Counted from the stretch's first letter, positions 8,637 through 15,728 are shown. The stretch: 31,437 nt of DNA from a virus (IMGVR_UViG_3300027679_000022:1-31437); one strand, 5' to 3'. The notes: a model not told the origin generated them from the letters alone. Numbers and translations are program-made.

Positions 8637-9448
8637 ATCTTCATTTCCACTTGTCTGTAATCTCTTACTACATCTTCTAAGTACATAGAGGCTGGGTCAA
8701 ATGATAAAGATACATATGTGTTACCAGTAAAGTCTGCTTTACCGTAACGGTTTTTAACAGGGGCTACACATAAGTATGCGTCTGGTCCTTGCATCATCTG
8801 TCCTACTGTCAATACCATAGCAGGTACCTGACTAACCATACCCTGCAACGCTGAGCGTGGCTGACATGGAAAACCTTGAGCACCTTCTTTAGTATGGTGT
8901 AACACCAGTACACATGCATTGGTATCTCTTGCAAGATACTTGAGTTCTTTCATTACCTGTCGCATAGCAGCAAACTCTTCGCCACCATCAACAGCAATGT
9001 CCATAAGATTATCTACTACGATAAGCGTAGGACTTCTACCCCACATAGTTTCAAATGCAGATACCTCTGCATCTAAATCATTAAGTGTAGGGCTAGGTTC
9101 AAAGGACCAGTACAAATTAGAGAACTCTCGTAAGAGTTCTTCTGCTTTGGCTGGCTCTGTCTTAAGCATATGTTCCGCATGTGCTTGGCTTATTTTTGCT
9201 TTCATAGCAAGCAATCGCATAGCCATAGTATGTGCATTAGTATCAGCAGAGAAATATAAGGTTGGTTGTTTTAGTCTTGCTGCGATATGTAATGCAATAG
9301 ATGACTTGCCTGCGCCAGGTGTACCTGCAATTACAGTTACCTCTGCTCGTCTTAGTATCATACCTTCTCTTTGGAACGCCTGAAATGGTGGGGCTAACGG
9401 CTCCCCACCTACCTCAGGTTTGCCGATACTACGGCGTAATGTTTTCAC
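8633..9448 (-). CDS. DnaB-like (SF4) replicative helicase, ATPase domain only
   Basis: Walker A AGTPGAGKS, Walker B LIVVDNL, LVLHH and KNRYG motifs. Confidence 0.88.
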   Translation of the reverse strand: MKTLRRSIGKPEVGGEPLAPPFQAFQREGMILRRAEVTVIAGTPGAGKSSIALHIAARLKQPTLYFSADTNAHTMAMRLLAMKAKISQAHAEHMLKTEPAKAEELLREFSNLYWSFEPSPTLNDLDAEVSAFETMWGRSPTLIVVDNLMDIAVDGGEEFAAMRQVMKELKYLARDTNACVLVLHHTKEGAQGFPCQPRSALQGMVSQVPAMVLTVGQMMQGPDAYLCVAPVKNRYGKADFTGNTYVSLSFDPASMYLEDVVRDYRQVEMKI

Positions 9449-9549
9449 TTACAGTTATCCTCCAAGCATGCGTTGTCATTGGCGTGTTGACTACAATCTT
9501 CACAAATTATTTCCCAATGACCGCAGTTATTGCACCATGCTTTACTCAT
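9445..9549 (-). CDS. Cys-rich micro-ORF (34 aa, MSKAWCNNCGHWEIICEDCSQHANDNACLEDNCK)
   Basis: ATGA and GTGA overlaps with both neighbours; two CxxC motifs. Confidence 0.7.
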   Translation of the reverse strand: MSKAWCNNCGHWEIICEDCSQHANDNACLEDNCK

Positions 9550-10004
9550 GCTTTTGTTTGGTCGGCTTGGAAAGTATTCCATTCTGCTTGATTCTGCTTG
9601 ATGTACTGAGTAGTACACTTTGTCATGTCACCTTGTTTAGCGGGACAGAAGTAACCTTTGTATGGACCGAACTTACCTGTTAATCCATGGATGCGTGTCA
9701 TTGTACCGTGAGGGCAGTTGCGTGAGCCTGCACCCATAGATGGTGCAACAAATGCTGGTAGTCCATCAAATGAATCCACAACTGTGCCACCAAATGCTGT
9801 TGCAATTGATGCTACCTGTGGGTTAGGTGGTACTGCTGTATTAGTACCGCGTACTGCTGTCTCTACTTCTCCTACTGCTTCTACAATCTGAAAGATTGCA
9901 GATGTGATTTGTGTAAACTCATCAGGTGTTTCAGCACGCAAAGTAATCTGCGTACCTGCTGGAGTTTTTAGATTGATGCTGATAGGTGCTTCATTGCTGG
10001 GCAT
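9546..10004 (-). CDS. Phage replication/recombination-region protein with C-terminal Zn finger
   Basis: CPHG...YFCP...KC motif; AAGGAG RBS; lies between the exonuclease and the helicase. Confidence 0.7.
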   Translation of the reverse strand: MPSNEAPISINLKTPAGTQITLRAETPDEFTQITSAIFQIVEAVGEVETAVRGTNTAVPPNPQVASIATAFGGTVVDSFDGLPAFVAPSMGAGSRNCPHGTMTRIHGLTGKFGPYKGYFCPAKQGDMTKCTTQYIKQNQAEWNTFQADQTKA

Positions 10005-10781
10005 TTATTCTCCTTGAATAGGTGTTACTAGGGATTTCTTTGTGTCTCGGAAGGCACGGACTTTCATTGCTAACTCTATACCCTTCCAACCTTGTTTGAT
10101 GTCAACGAAATGCAGTTCACATTTACCACTACCTGCTGGTAGGTGGACAATGATTGCCTTCTCTTGGTTGACACCACCCCAAGAACCACGGGTTGCCGTG
10201 GCGGGGTCATACGGCAAGCCGTGTGCATACACTGCTAACTGCATGGCAATTTTATTTGGGTAGGCAATACTACCAGTCTTTAAGTCAGAGATGAACAACT
10301 CACCTTTGTATCCAACTACACGGTCAGGCGTACCTGCAATCTTGTATTTGTCCAACACACAGAACTGTTCAATAAACATATTATTAAACTTTTTAGTTGC
10401 ATCTGCGTATGCTTGTATGTCTGCTACATATTCTTCAGGTATAACTCCGAGGTCTTCGCCTCGGTCATACTTCTCTGTAAGTGTGTGTATGGCTGTGCCT
10501 ATAGTTGCTGCTGATGTAGCACCTGCTGCTTCCATTGAATCTTCTACTAACTTGTCCATCTCCAACTTGTTGTCTCTATTTGCAGATGCTGCTAGTAATA
10601 AGTCAGGTCGTAGTGTTAGACCTGCTGCTGCCATGCGTAACTTCCATGCTACTAATGCAGTGCCATCATCTAATGAACCTGCAACTGTAGTTGTACGTGT
10701 ATATGGTACAGCCTTACCGCCTTTAGGCGGTACAACCATAGGTCTACCGTAACGGTCTCTTGTGATTTCTACTTCTGACAT
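10005..10781 (-). CDS. RecB/Cas4-like PD-(D/E)xK exonuclease
   Basis: GTAIH, AGTPDRV, DLKTG and QLAVYA motifs. Confidence 0.88.
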   Translation of the reverse strand: MSEVEITRDRYGRPMVVPPKGGKAVPYTRTTTVAGSLDDGTALVAWKLRMAAAGLTLRPDLLLAASANRDNKLEMDKLVEDSMEAAGATSAATIGTAIHTLTEKYDRGEDLGVIPEEYVADIQAYADATKKFNNMFIEQFCVLDKYKIAGTPDRVVGYKGELFISDLKTGSIAYPNKIAMQLAVYAHGLPYDPATATRGSWGGVNQEKAIIVHLPAGSGKCELHFVDIKQGWKGIELAMKVRAFRDTKKSLVTPIQGE

Positions 10782-10783
10782 AA

Positions 10784-10851
10784 CTCTCCCTTGTTAAATA
10801 GGTTAAGAGGGTGGGAACAAGGAGAGAACCAAAACCCCACCACTCCTAACC
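10784..10851 (-). promoter_or_regulatory. Leader hairpin whose loop is complementary to the downstream RBS (candidate translational control element)
   Basis: Stem GGTTAGGAGTGGTGGG / CCCACCCTCTTAACC. Loop CTCTCCTTGTT (10816-10826) is complementary to the RBS AACAAGGGAGAG (10784-10795). Confidence 0.55.
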
Positions 10852-10877
10852 CACCCATCATAACATAGTGTGACGGA

Positions 10878-11258
10878 CTATGCATTGATGTCATTGCCGC
10901 AATGCGGACAAAGTTTTTCTCGTTTCTTGTACACTTCGTATACTACTTGTTCTTTGTAATCTTGATGCACATATACCTTGCATCTGTTGCGTGTTTTAAT
11001 TGTGCGAACTATAGCACCTGACTGATGTAGTACTGACAATATGCCACTAGCAGTACCGTGATGCCAACCTTGTGAGTCGGCTAGTTCTTTCCATGTAGCA
11101 CCAGATAAACCTGATAGTTTTAAGTGTGCTAATGCTAATATCTGGTGGTTTTTTTCCCGACCAGATGTAATGTTATCTACAGCACGAGCCTTAGATGTAT
11201 CAGTGCCTGACCATCCAGCCGTACCTTTGTATGGTCTGTAAGGTACGTACTCAGCCAT
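10878..11258 (-). CDS. Winged HTH DNA-binding protein with C-terminal CxxC
   Basis: GATWKELA...HHGTASGILSVLHQSGAI and CPHCG. Confidence 0.7.
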   Translation of the reverse strand: MAEYVPYRPYKGTAGWSGTDTSKARAVDNITSGREKNHQILALAHLKLSGLSGATWKELADSQGWHHGTASGILSVLHQSGAIVRTIKTRNRCKVYVHQDYKEQVVYEVYKKREKLCPHCGNDINA

Positions 11259-11353
11259 TACTTATCTTCTTCTATTTCTTGCAGTATCTCATGCAATACT
11301 ACCTCTGCTGCCTCAGCAGCATGGTCTAGTTTATCTTGAAGTTCTTTACTCAT
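11258..11353 (-). CDS. Acidic helical micro-ORF (31 aa, MSKELQDKLDHAAEAAEVVLHEILQEIEEDK)
   Basis: Overlaps the upstream stop and is TAATG-coupled to the downstream gene. Confidence 0.65.
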   Translation of the reverse strand: MSKELQDKLDHAAEAAEVVLHEILQEIEEDK

Positions 11354-11765
11354 CAATTTCAATATCTTGTACATCAATCTCGTCAACATTAACGTTGCCA
11401 TCATAGAACTCAACGTTTACATTGTCTGTAAAGGAAGTTTCTACATCACCTTCATCTTCACATTCTATTTCAAATGTACCAGTGATTGTAAATGTAGCAG
11501 TATATTTTGTTGTAAGTAGGTTGGCTCCAATAGAATTAAGCATCTCATTAACGTCAGGTTTGTTGACTGTTAGTTCACCGTCATTCCAATCACCTTCACT
11601 GAAGAAGTCACGAACAGTACGGCGTACTGTAGTAAGATTGGTTCGATATTCATTTGATACTTGTTGTACTGCATCTATTTCTTTTGCTTTTTCGATAAAA
11701 CGAAGCACTTCGTTCTCAGTATAGTTTACTGTGCCATCTGCTGTTGTAATTTGGATTGTGTTCAT
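11346..11765 (-). CDS. Hypothetical acidic protein (139 aa from MNTIQ)
   Basis: GAGAGGA RBS before ATG 11765. Confidence 0.75.
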   Translation of the reverse strand: MNTIQITTADGTVNYTENEVLRFIEKAKEIDAVQQVSNEYRTNLTTVRRTVRDFFSEGDWNDGELTVNKPDVNEMLNSIGANLLTTKYTATFTITGTFEIECEDEGDVETSFTDNVNVEFYDGNVNVDEIDVQDIEIDE

Positions 11766-11785
11766 TTGTTCCTCTCGTTGTTTGA

Positions 11786-11917
11786 TGAGCAGTTTACCCA
11801 CATACTCAGGTGGTCACACCTCTTACAGTTGGTGCGAACTGGCTCTATAGTATTTTTATTCGCCCTAATCAGCCTGGCGTATCCGCGCTATCGCTGCCTA
11901 AGCAGTATGCATACGGA
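11786..11917 (-). ncRNA. Intergenic structured RNA: hairpin(s) followed by two tandem H-type pseudoknots
   Basis: CAGT-T-CGCACC-A-ACTG-TAAGA-GGTGTG and CCAC-C-TGAGTA-T-GTGG-GTAAAC-TGCTCA have the same geometry and are separated by one A. Confidence 0.6.
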
Positions 11918-11918
11918 A

Positions 11919-12914
11919 TTATACTGTAAGTAGAGACAATGCTTTAGTCTTTACCTTGTCATTGCGTCCACTCAAGGTGGCGGCAGCAAGGCGGTCTGCG
12001 CCACCTGTTGCATAATGGTCAGCATATTCAATGACTGCTTGCCATGCACCAAAGGCTGTGCCTCTGATGTTCTCTTGTGTTTCTGATTCATTGTAGATAA
12101 CCCACGCTTTAGCGCGTGCATCTTTAGCAATGGTCTGTTGCTTGCGCTCACCACGTGTAAGTAAATCGTATGGCTTATCTTCTACTGTAGTAGGTAGTGC
12201 CCATACTTTCTTGAAGAAGTTAACCGCTTGCTCACGGCTCATGTCTTTCTTTAGTAGGTTGTTAGCAACCAACTGATAGTCTGCTATAGCAGTGTATGTT
12301 AGGTGAGTGATGTTGCGAATGTCCGAGATAGATAACTCTTGGTTGGTTGAGTGAGTCATACGATATGTATACTCATTGTATTTCTGTCTGCTATTACTAA
12401 TCAAACCATTGACTTGATTAGCACAGAACAAACGCTCAATGATTGGCTTGATAACAACAGATGATGAACCATCATGTGATGTCTTAACCAATAAGAATGC
12501 AGCGTGTGGGTCATTGGCTACCTCTACACCTTGAGGTAATTCAAGTACCATCCAGATGTTAGCACCACCATTGAACTCACCTGCTGCTGCATAGCGTGCA
12601 TCACCTGCATCTACTAGTGTATCTAATGCGTTGAACACTTCCATGTTCTGTACTACCTTGTATTTAGTACCGACAATACCAATGACTGAGTTACTATCCT
12701 CACGGATAATAGCCTTCTTCTTTGGTACATCTAGGTATGTGGCTGGTGTTACACCATACTGGTCAATGATTAGTGGTGTGCTTACTGCTTCCAGTGCACC
12801 TGTGCGTACAGTCCAGTTAAGTCCTGCTTGTGTGGCTGCACTTGCAGCAGAGGTAGCCTCTACTGCAGTGCCACCGCGTACCCACGCTGACTTGTTCTTA
12901 CTCGTTACTGTCAT
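11919..12914 (-). CDS. DUF932/DUF945 family phage/plasmid protein (TIGR03299-like)
   Basis: AGLNWTV, YKVVQN, SHDGSSS, RLFCANQ and GTAFGAWQAVIEYADH motifs. Confidence 0.85.
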   Translation of the reverse strand: MTVTSKNKSAWVRGGTAVEATSAASAATQAGLNWTVRTGALEAVSTPLIIDQYGVTPATYLDVPKKKAIIREDSNSVIGIVGTKYKVVQNMEVFNALDTLVDAGDARYAAAGEFNGGANIWMVLELPQGVEVANDPHAAFLLVKTSHDGSSSVVIKPIIERLFCANQVNGLISNSRQKYNEYTYRMTHSTNQELSISDIRNITHLTYTAIADYQLVANNLLKKDMSREQAVNFFKKVWALPTTVEDKPYDLLTRGERKQQTIAKDARAKAWVIYNESETQENIRGTAFGAWQAVIEYADHYATGGADRLAAATLSGRNDKVKTKALSLLTV

Positions 12915-13131
12915 TTTCTACATCCTTTGCAAACTTAAGCACTGCATATGAATTGTTCTCGTTTAGTTTATCCATAAACCCTTCTTCTTTCATAAGACCT
13001 ATGAATGTATCTACTAACATGCCAGATAGTACACCATCAGGCAATGCCATAAGACGGCTTGTCATTGGATGTGCTGCACTGAACTCAGTTACTAGTTCGA
13101 TTGTGTGTGGAACCTTAATCGTTTGTGTCAT
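12898..13131 (-). CDS. Hypothetical protein (77 aa)
   Basis: AAGGGAG RBS; operon context. Confidence 0.7.
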   Translation of the reverse strand: MTQTIKVPHTIELVTEFSAAHPMTSRLMALPDGVLSGMLVDTFIGLMKEEGFMDKLNENNSYAVLKFAKDVENDSNE

Positions 13132-13291
13132 TTGTTTCTCCCTTGTTTGTTTGTGTTGTGTATATCCATGCCCACGTTACATCTGACTTACCATGTATTA
13201 ACGTGCGTGTTGCTTTGCGTAAAGCATCATCATCATCTTCTGCTTCCACAAAGAACGTTATGTTTACTTCCCATCTTTTAATACCAGCCAT
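13115..13291 (-). CDS. Hypothetical protein (58 aa from MAGIKRWEV)
   Basis: GGAGG RBS before ATG 13291; VEAEDDDDAL pattern common in small phage proteins. Confidence 0.65.
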   Translation of the reverse strand: MAGIKRWEVNITFFVEAEDDDDALRKATRTLIHGKSDVTWAWIYTTQTNKGETNDTND

Positions 13292-13706
13292 GTTTCCTCC
13301 AATGTGACCATGCAATTGATGGCTTATCGTACCGATGTACTATGTACTCCAGCCCCCGCGCAACTTGTTGCGGGGCTGGGGTACCAGGTTTAGTGTTTAA
13401 GACTTGTGCTATACCGTAGGCTGACGACTTAGGGTTATCTGCATCATGTTTCCATGCTGACTCTTTACCCCATAGTTTCATCAGTGCTTTATGTTCGCTG
13501 CGGTTCCATTCAGGGAACCACATCTTCATGTATGAAATTGCATACAACTTAGCAGCGTATGGTGTCCATACTTTAGGCAACTTGTTTTCGTTATAACATA
13601 GGTCGTTAACATGTTGCGAGTAATACTTTAATGGTAAACCTACAAGACTTGTTAGCGTTAGCAGCATAGTGCCACCAATAGCCAACCATTTTCTTATGTT
13701 AGTCAT
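13278..13706 (-). CDS. Lytic transglycosylase (SLT/lysozyme-like) with N-terminal signal/TM segment
   Basis: LWGKESAW (catalytic Glu), NPKSSAYGIAQ, GLEYIVHRY...AWSHW...GWY; hydrophobic N-terminus. Confidence 0.85.
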   Translation of the reverse strand: MTNIRKWLAIGGTMLLTLTSLVGLPLKYYSQHVNDLCYNENKLPKVWTPYAAKLYAISYMKMWFPEWNRSEHKALMKLWGKESAWKHDADNPKSSAYGIAQVLNTKPGTPAPQQVARGLEYIVHRYDKPSIAWSHWRKHGWY

Positions 13707-13809
13707 GAATATCTTTTAATCCTGTTTCTCTATTATGAATAGCCGTAACTCCGCAGGCACAGTAAAAATATCCTGGTATATCATCACATTCCCAATAATG
13801 ATTATGCAT
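13699..13809 (-). CDS. Micro-ORF (36 aa, MHNHYWEC...YCACG...)
   Basis: TAATG-coupled; HxH and CxC metal-ligand pattern. Confidence 0.6.
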   Translation of the reverse strand: MHNHYWECDDIPGYFYCACGVTAIHNRETGLKDIHD

Positions 13810-13943
13810 TAGTCTTCATCGCCATACATACGGTCATCAATTATGCCACATGCACATTGACTCATGTGCTCATGGCAATCAATGCAATCATCACTGTCTT
13901 TGTCTAATGCTATGTCATCATCAAGCGGTGGTTCGTAACTCAT
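13809..13943 (-). CDS. Acidic Cys-rich micro-ORF (44 aa, MSYEPPLDDDIALD...CIDC...CACG)
   Basis: AAGGAG RBS; CxxC plus CxC. Confidence 0.7.
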   Translation of the reverse strand: MSYEPPLDDDIALDKDSDDCIDCHEHMSQCACGIIDDRMYGDED

Positions 13944-14211
13944 AGTTTCTCCTTCGTATTACATGCATAGGAATATCATACATACAATAATTTATAATTT
14001 CATACATAGATACTTGGTATATCTCACACAATCGTAGTAATCTTTTAAGAGATATGGTTCTACTATTGCGTTCGTAACTACCCACTGCTTGCGCAGTAAA
14101 CTCACCGTTGCTTACTAACTCTACATGTTCAAGTGTAAAGCCTTTAAGTAACCGTATTGTTTTAAGGGCTGATGTTATATCTAGATACTCAGGGTTTAGT
14201 TCACTCATCAT
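13921..14211 (-). CDS. XRE-family HTH regulator resembling the BldD DNA-binding domain
   Basis: LKTIRLLKGFTLEHVELVSNGEFTAQAVGSYERNSRTISLKRL aligns by eye with BldD LRAIRTQQGLSLHGVEEKSQGRWKAVVVGSYERGDRAVTVQRL (recalled from memory). Confidence 0.8.
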   Translation of the reverse strand: MMSELNPEYLDITSALKTIRLLKGFTLEHVELVSNGEFTAQAVGSYERNSRTISLKRLLRLCEIYQVSMYEIINYCMYDIPMHVIRRRNYELRTTA

Positions 14212-14278
14212 CTTCCTCCTCTATATTACATACTTCACATGCTGTACCGCATTGACTGCAGCGTGCGTCATCATTCAT
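14201..14278 (-). CDS. Cys-rich micro-ORF (25 aa, MNDDARCSQCGTACEVCNIEEEDDE)
   Basis: GAGGA RBS; two CxxC motifs; overlaps both neighbours. Confidence 0.6.
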   Translation of the reverse strand: MNDDARCSQCGTACEVCNIEEEDDE

Positions 14279-14390
14279 CAGCACATTCCTCACAATTAGT
14301 TCTGCATTCTTTGCATAATCCACAGTCATCACATGTGTTTACAAACTGCTCGCATATTTCACAGAATGGTGGTCCGTATGGTGCACTCAT
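14271..14390 (-). CDS. Cys-rich micro-ORF (39 aa, four CxxC)
   Basis: MSAPYGPPFCEICEQFVNTCDDCGLCKECRTNCEECADE; starts 3 nt after the upstream stop. Confidence 0.65.
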   Translation of the reverse strand: MSAPYGPPFCEICEQFVNTCDDCGLCKECRTNCEECADE

Positions 14391-14393
14391 GGC

Positions 14394-14750
14394 TTACCAA
14401 CTTGCATAGTACTCAAACATAGCGTCATCAACGCTCTGTTCAAAGACTGTATTTAGTTTGTCAATAGTATCACTGACATCTGACCAATACCATTCATCTA
14501 TTTTGTTGTTACCAAAGAAGAAACCTTCTGTTGGTGGTAGTAATTCCATTGCTCTTTCTTCTGTGCGTGCATTTAATACTTCTAGGCATACTTCGCGCAA
14601 TACATACAGGTCTCGTTTGGTTAATGGAATAGGTGTGCCGTTATCTATTGCACCACTATAAGCAATAATCCAACCATGAATAGCATTAGCCTTACGCCAG
14701 TATGCTACCTCATGTACTTGCTTCTCGTATAGATACATGTCTAGTCCCAT
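14394..14750 (-). CDS. Conserved phage hypothetical protein (MGLDMYL...YWRKANAIHGW family)
   Basis: Recognisable widespread phage motif, including LLPPTEGFFFG and a YYASW end. Confidence 0.8.
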   Translation of the reverse strand: MGLDMYLYEKQVHEVAYWRKANAIHGWIIAYSGAIDNGTPIPLTKRDLYVLREVCLEVLNARTEERAMELLPPTEGFFFGNNKIDEWYWSDVSDTIDKLNTVFEQSVDDAMFEYYASW

Positions 14751-15034
14751 AAGTTTCTCTCCCCTTCATTGTTTTCTGTCCATGGATGTAGTTTGTGTTG
14801 ATTTATCATTGCGTATGCAGGTGCAGTTGACTCACCGCGCCATGTTATACCTTCAGGTAAGATAATCAAACGATTAAGGTCATTTTCCCAGTATGCTTCG
14901 ATTGCATGCATGCATGGTTCAGCCATGCTTACTGGTACTGGTGGGTAGAAGTTACCTGTTAAGTGTATTTCTATTTGTTGTAGTTGAGTTAAGTTATCCA
15001 TACTTGCTAAGTCTGTTGCAAAGTTATTGCCCAT
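14741..15034 (-). CDS. Hypothetical protein (97 aa from MGNNFA)
   Basis: GGAGGT RBS and TAATG coupling at 15034. Confidence 0.7.
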   Translation of the reverse strand: MGNNFATDLASMDNLTQLQQIEIHLTGNFYPPVPVSMAEPCMHAIEAYWENDLNRLIILPEGITWRGESTAPAYAMINQHKLHPWTENNEGERNLWD

Positions 15035-15210
15035 TAGAATGGTACCTCCGTGTGATTGCGGCAGGCTGTACGCCATGCTCGTAGTCTTTGCTTAAGGAAT
15101 CTGTTTTCTTGTAGTAGTATTGTGTTAGCATATGCTAGTGCAATTATCAGCACTAGACTAACACCTAATGCTATAGTTGTACCAACAACCATTGTTTCAT
15201 TTAGGTACAT
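15034..15210 (-). CDS. Single-TM membrane protein (58 aa, MYLNETMVVGTTIALGVSLVLIIALAY...EVPF)
   Basis: AAGGAG RBS; hydrophobic helix followed by a coiled coil. Not in the ORF track. Confidence 0.7.
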   Translation of the reverse strand: MYLNETMVVGTTIALGVSLVLIIALAYANTILLQENRFLKQRLRAWRTACRNHTEVPF

Positions 15211-15284
15211 AGTATTCTCCTTGTTAGTTATAATAAAGTTGTGGACTTGTAGTTATCCGCTGAGGCTACGGGTGCCCTGACCTT

Positions 15285-15337
15285 AATAAAAAAACAGCGG
15301 ATAGATGAGTGCTGTCTTAGCCACCCACCTACCCGCT
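15285..15337 (-). terminator. Intrinsic terminator after the SSB-like gene
   Basis: 16-bp stem AGCGGGTAGGTGGGTG / CACTCATCTATCCGCT (G-U pairs on the minus strand) followed by GTTTTTTTATT. Confidence 0.8.
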
Positions 15338-15344
15338 TGTGTCT

Positions 15345-15686
15345 TTAGTTTGTTACGACCTCGAAGACTTCCAACTGTAACTGTGGTGCTCGGCGGTCAT
15401 TCTCTGCGACATTTTGACGGCGGTCAAACCTTGTAACTAAGCGACCCTTGAGCGTAACCAAGTCTGATTGTTCAGCACCTGCTCGCGTTACCCCTAGGAT
15501 TTCACCTACTGTTGAGTCGTCCATTGCCACGATGTTGATACCACATACATACACCTGGCGGTCAGCCTCACCGTTACTGAATGCTGACACCTCACGCTGG
15601 TCAAACCAACCTGTCACCATGGTTCCCTTTGAACCTGTGTACTGACGGACATTCTTAATCTTACCTGTAATTGTTACTTCGTTCAT
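15345..15686 (-). CDS. Single-stranded DNA-binding protein (OB fold), lacking an acidic tail
   Basis: MNEVTITGKI...LVTLKGRLVTRFD...QLEVFEV SSB-like pattern. Confidence 0.7.
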   Translation of the reverse strand: MNEVTITGKIKNVRQYTGSKGTMVTGWFDQREVSAFSNGEADRQVYVCGINIVAMDDSTVGEILGVTRAGAEQSDLVTLKGRLVTRFDRRQNVAENDRRAPQLQLEVFEVVTN

Positions 15687-15728
15687 TTGTTTCTCCTTGT
15701 TTAGTAGTTAGTTTCTGTATTTGATTTT

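Noticed and set aside
10005-10781. Cas4-like gene as evidence of a CRISPR system
   Set aside because: No repeat-spacer array or other cas genes; stand-alone nucleases of this fold are common in phages.
11841-11879. preQ1-I riboswitch-like stem with A-rich tail on the minus strand
   Set aside because: The loop lacks the ligand-binding consensus, and there are no queuosine genes in the window.
8919-12951. Plus-strand ORFs within the leftward arm (e.g. 8919..9383, 10291..10752, 11422..11724, 12631..12951)
   Set aside because: Antisense shadows of well-supported minus-strand genes.
15253-15275. tRNA-Arg-like 5' sequence on the minus strand (GCACCCGTAGCCTCAGCGGATA)
   Set aside because: No anticodon arm, T-loop (GTTCGA) or acceptor 3' strand follows.
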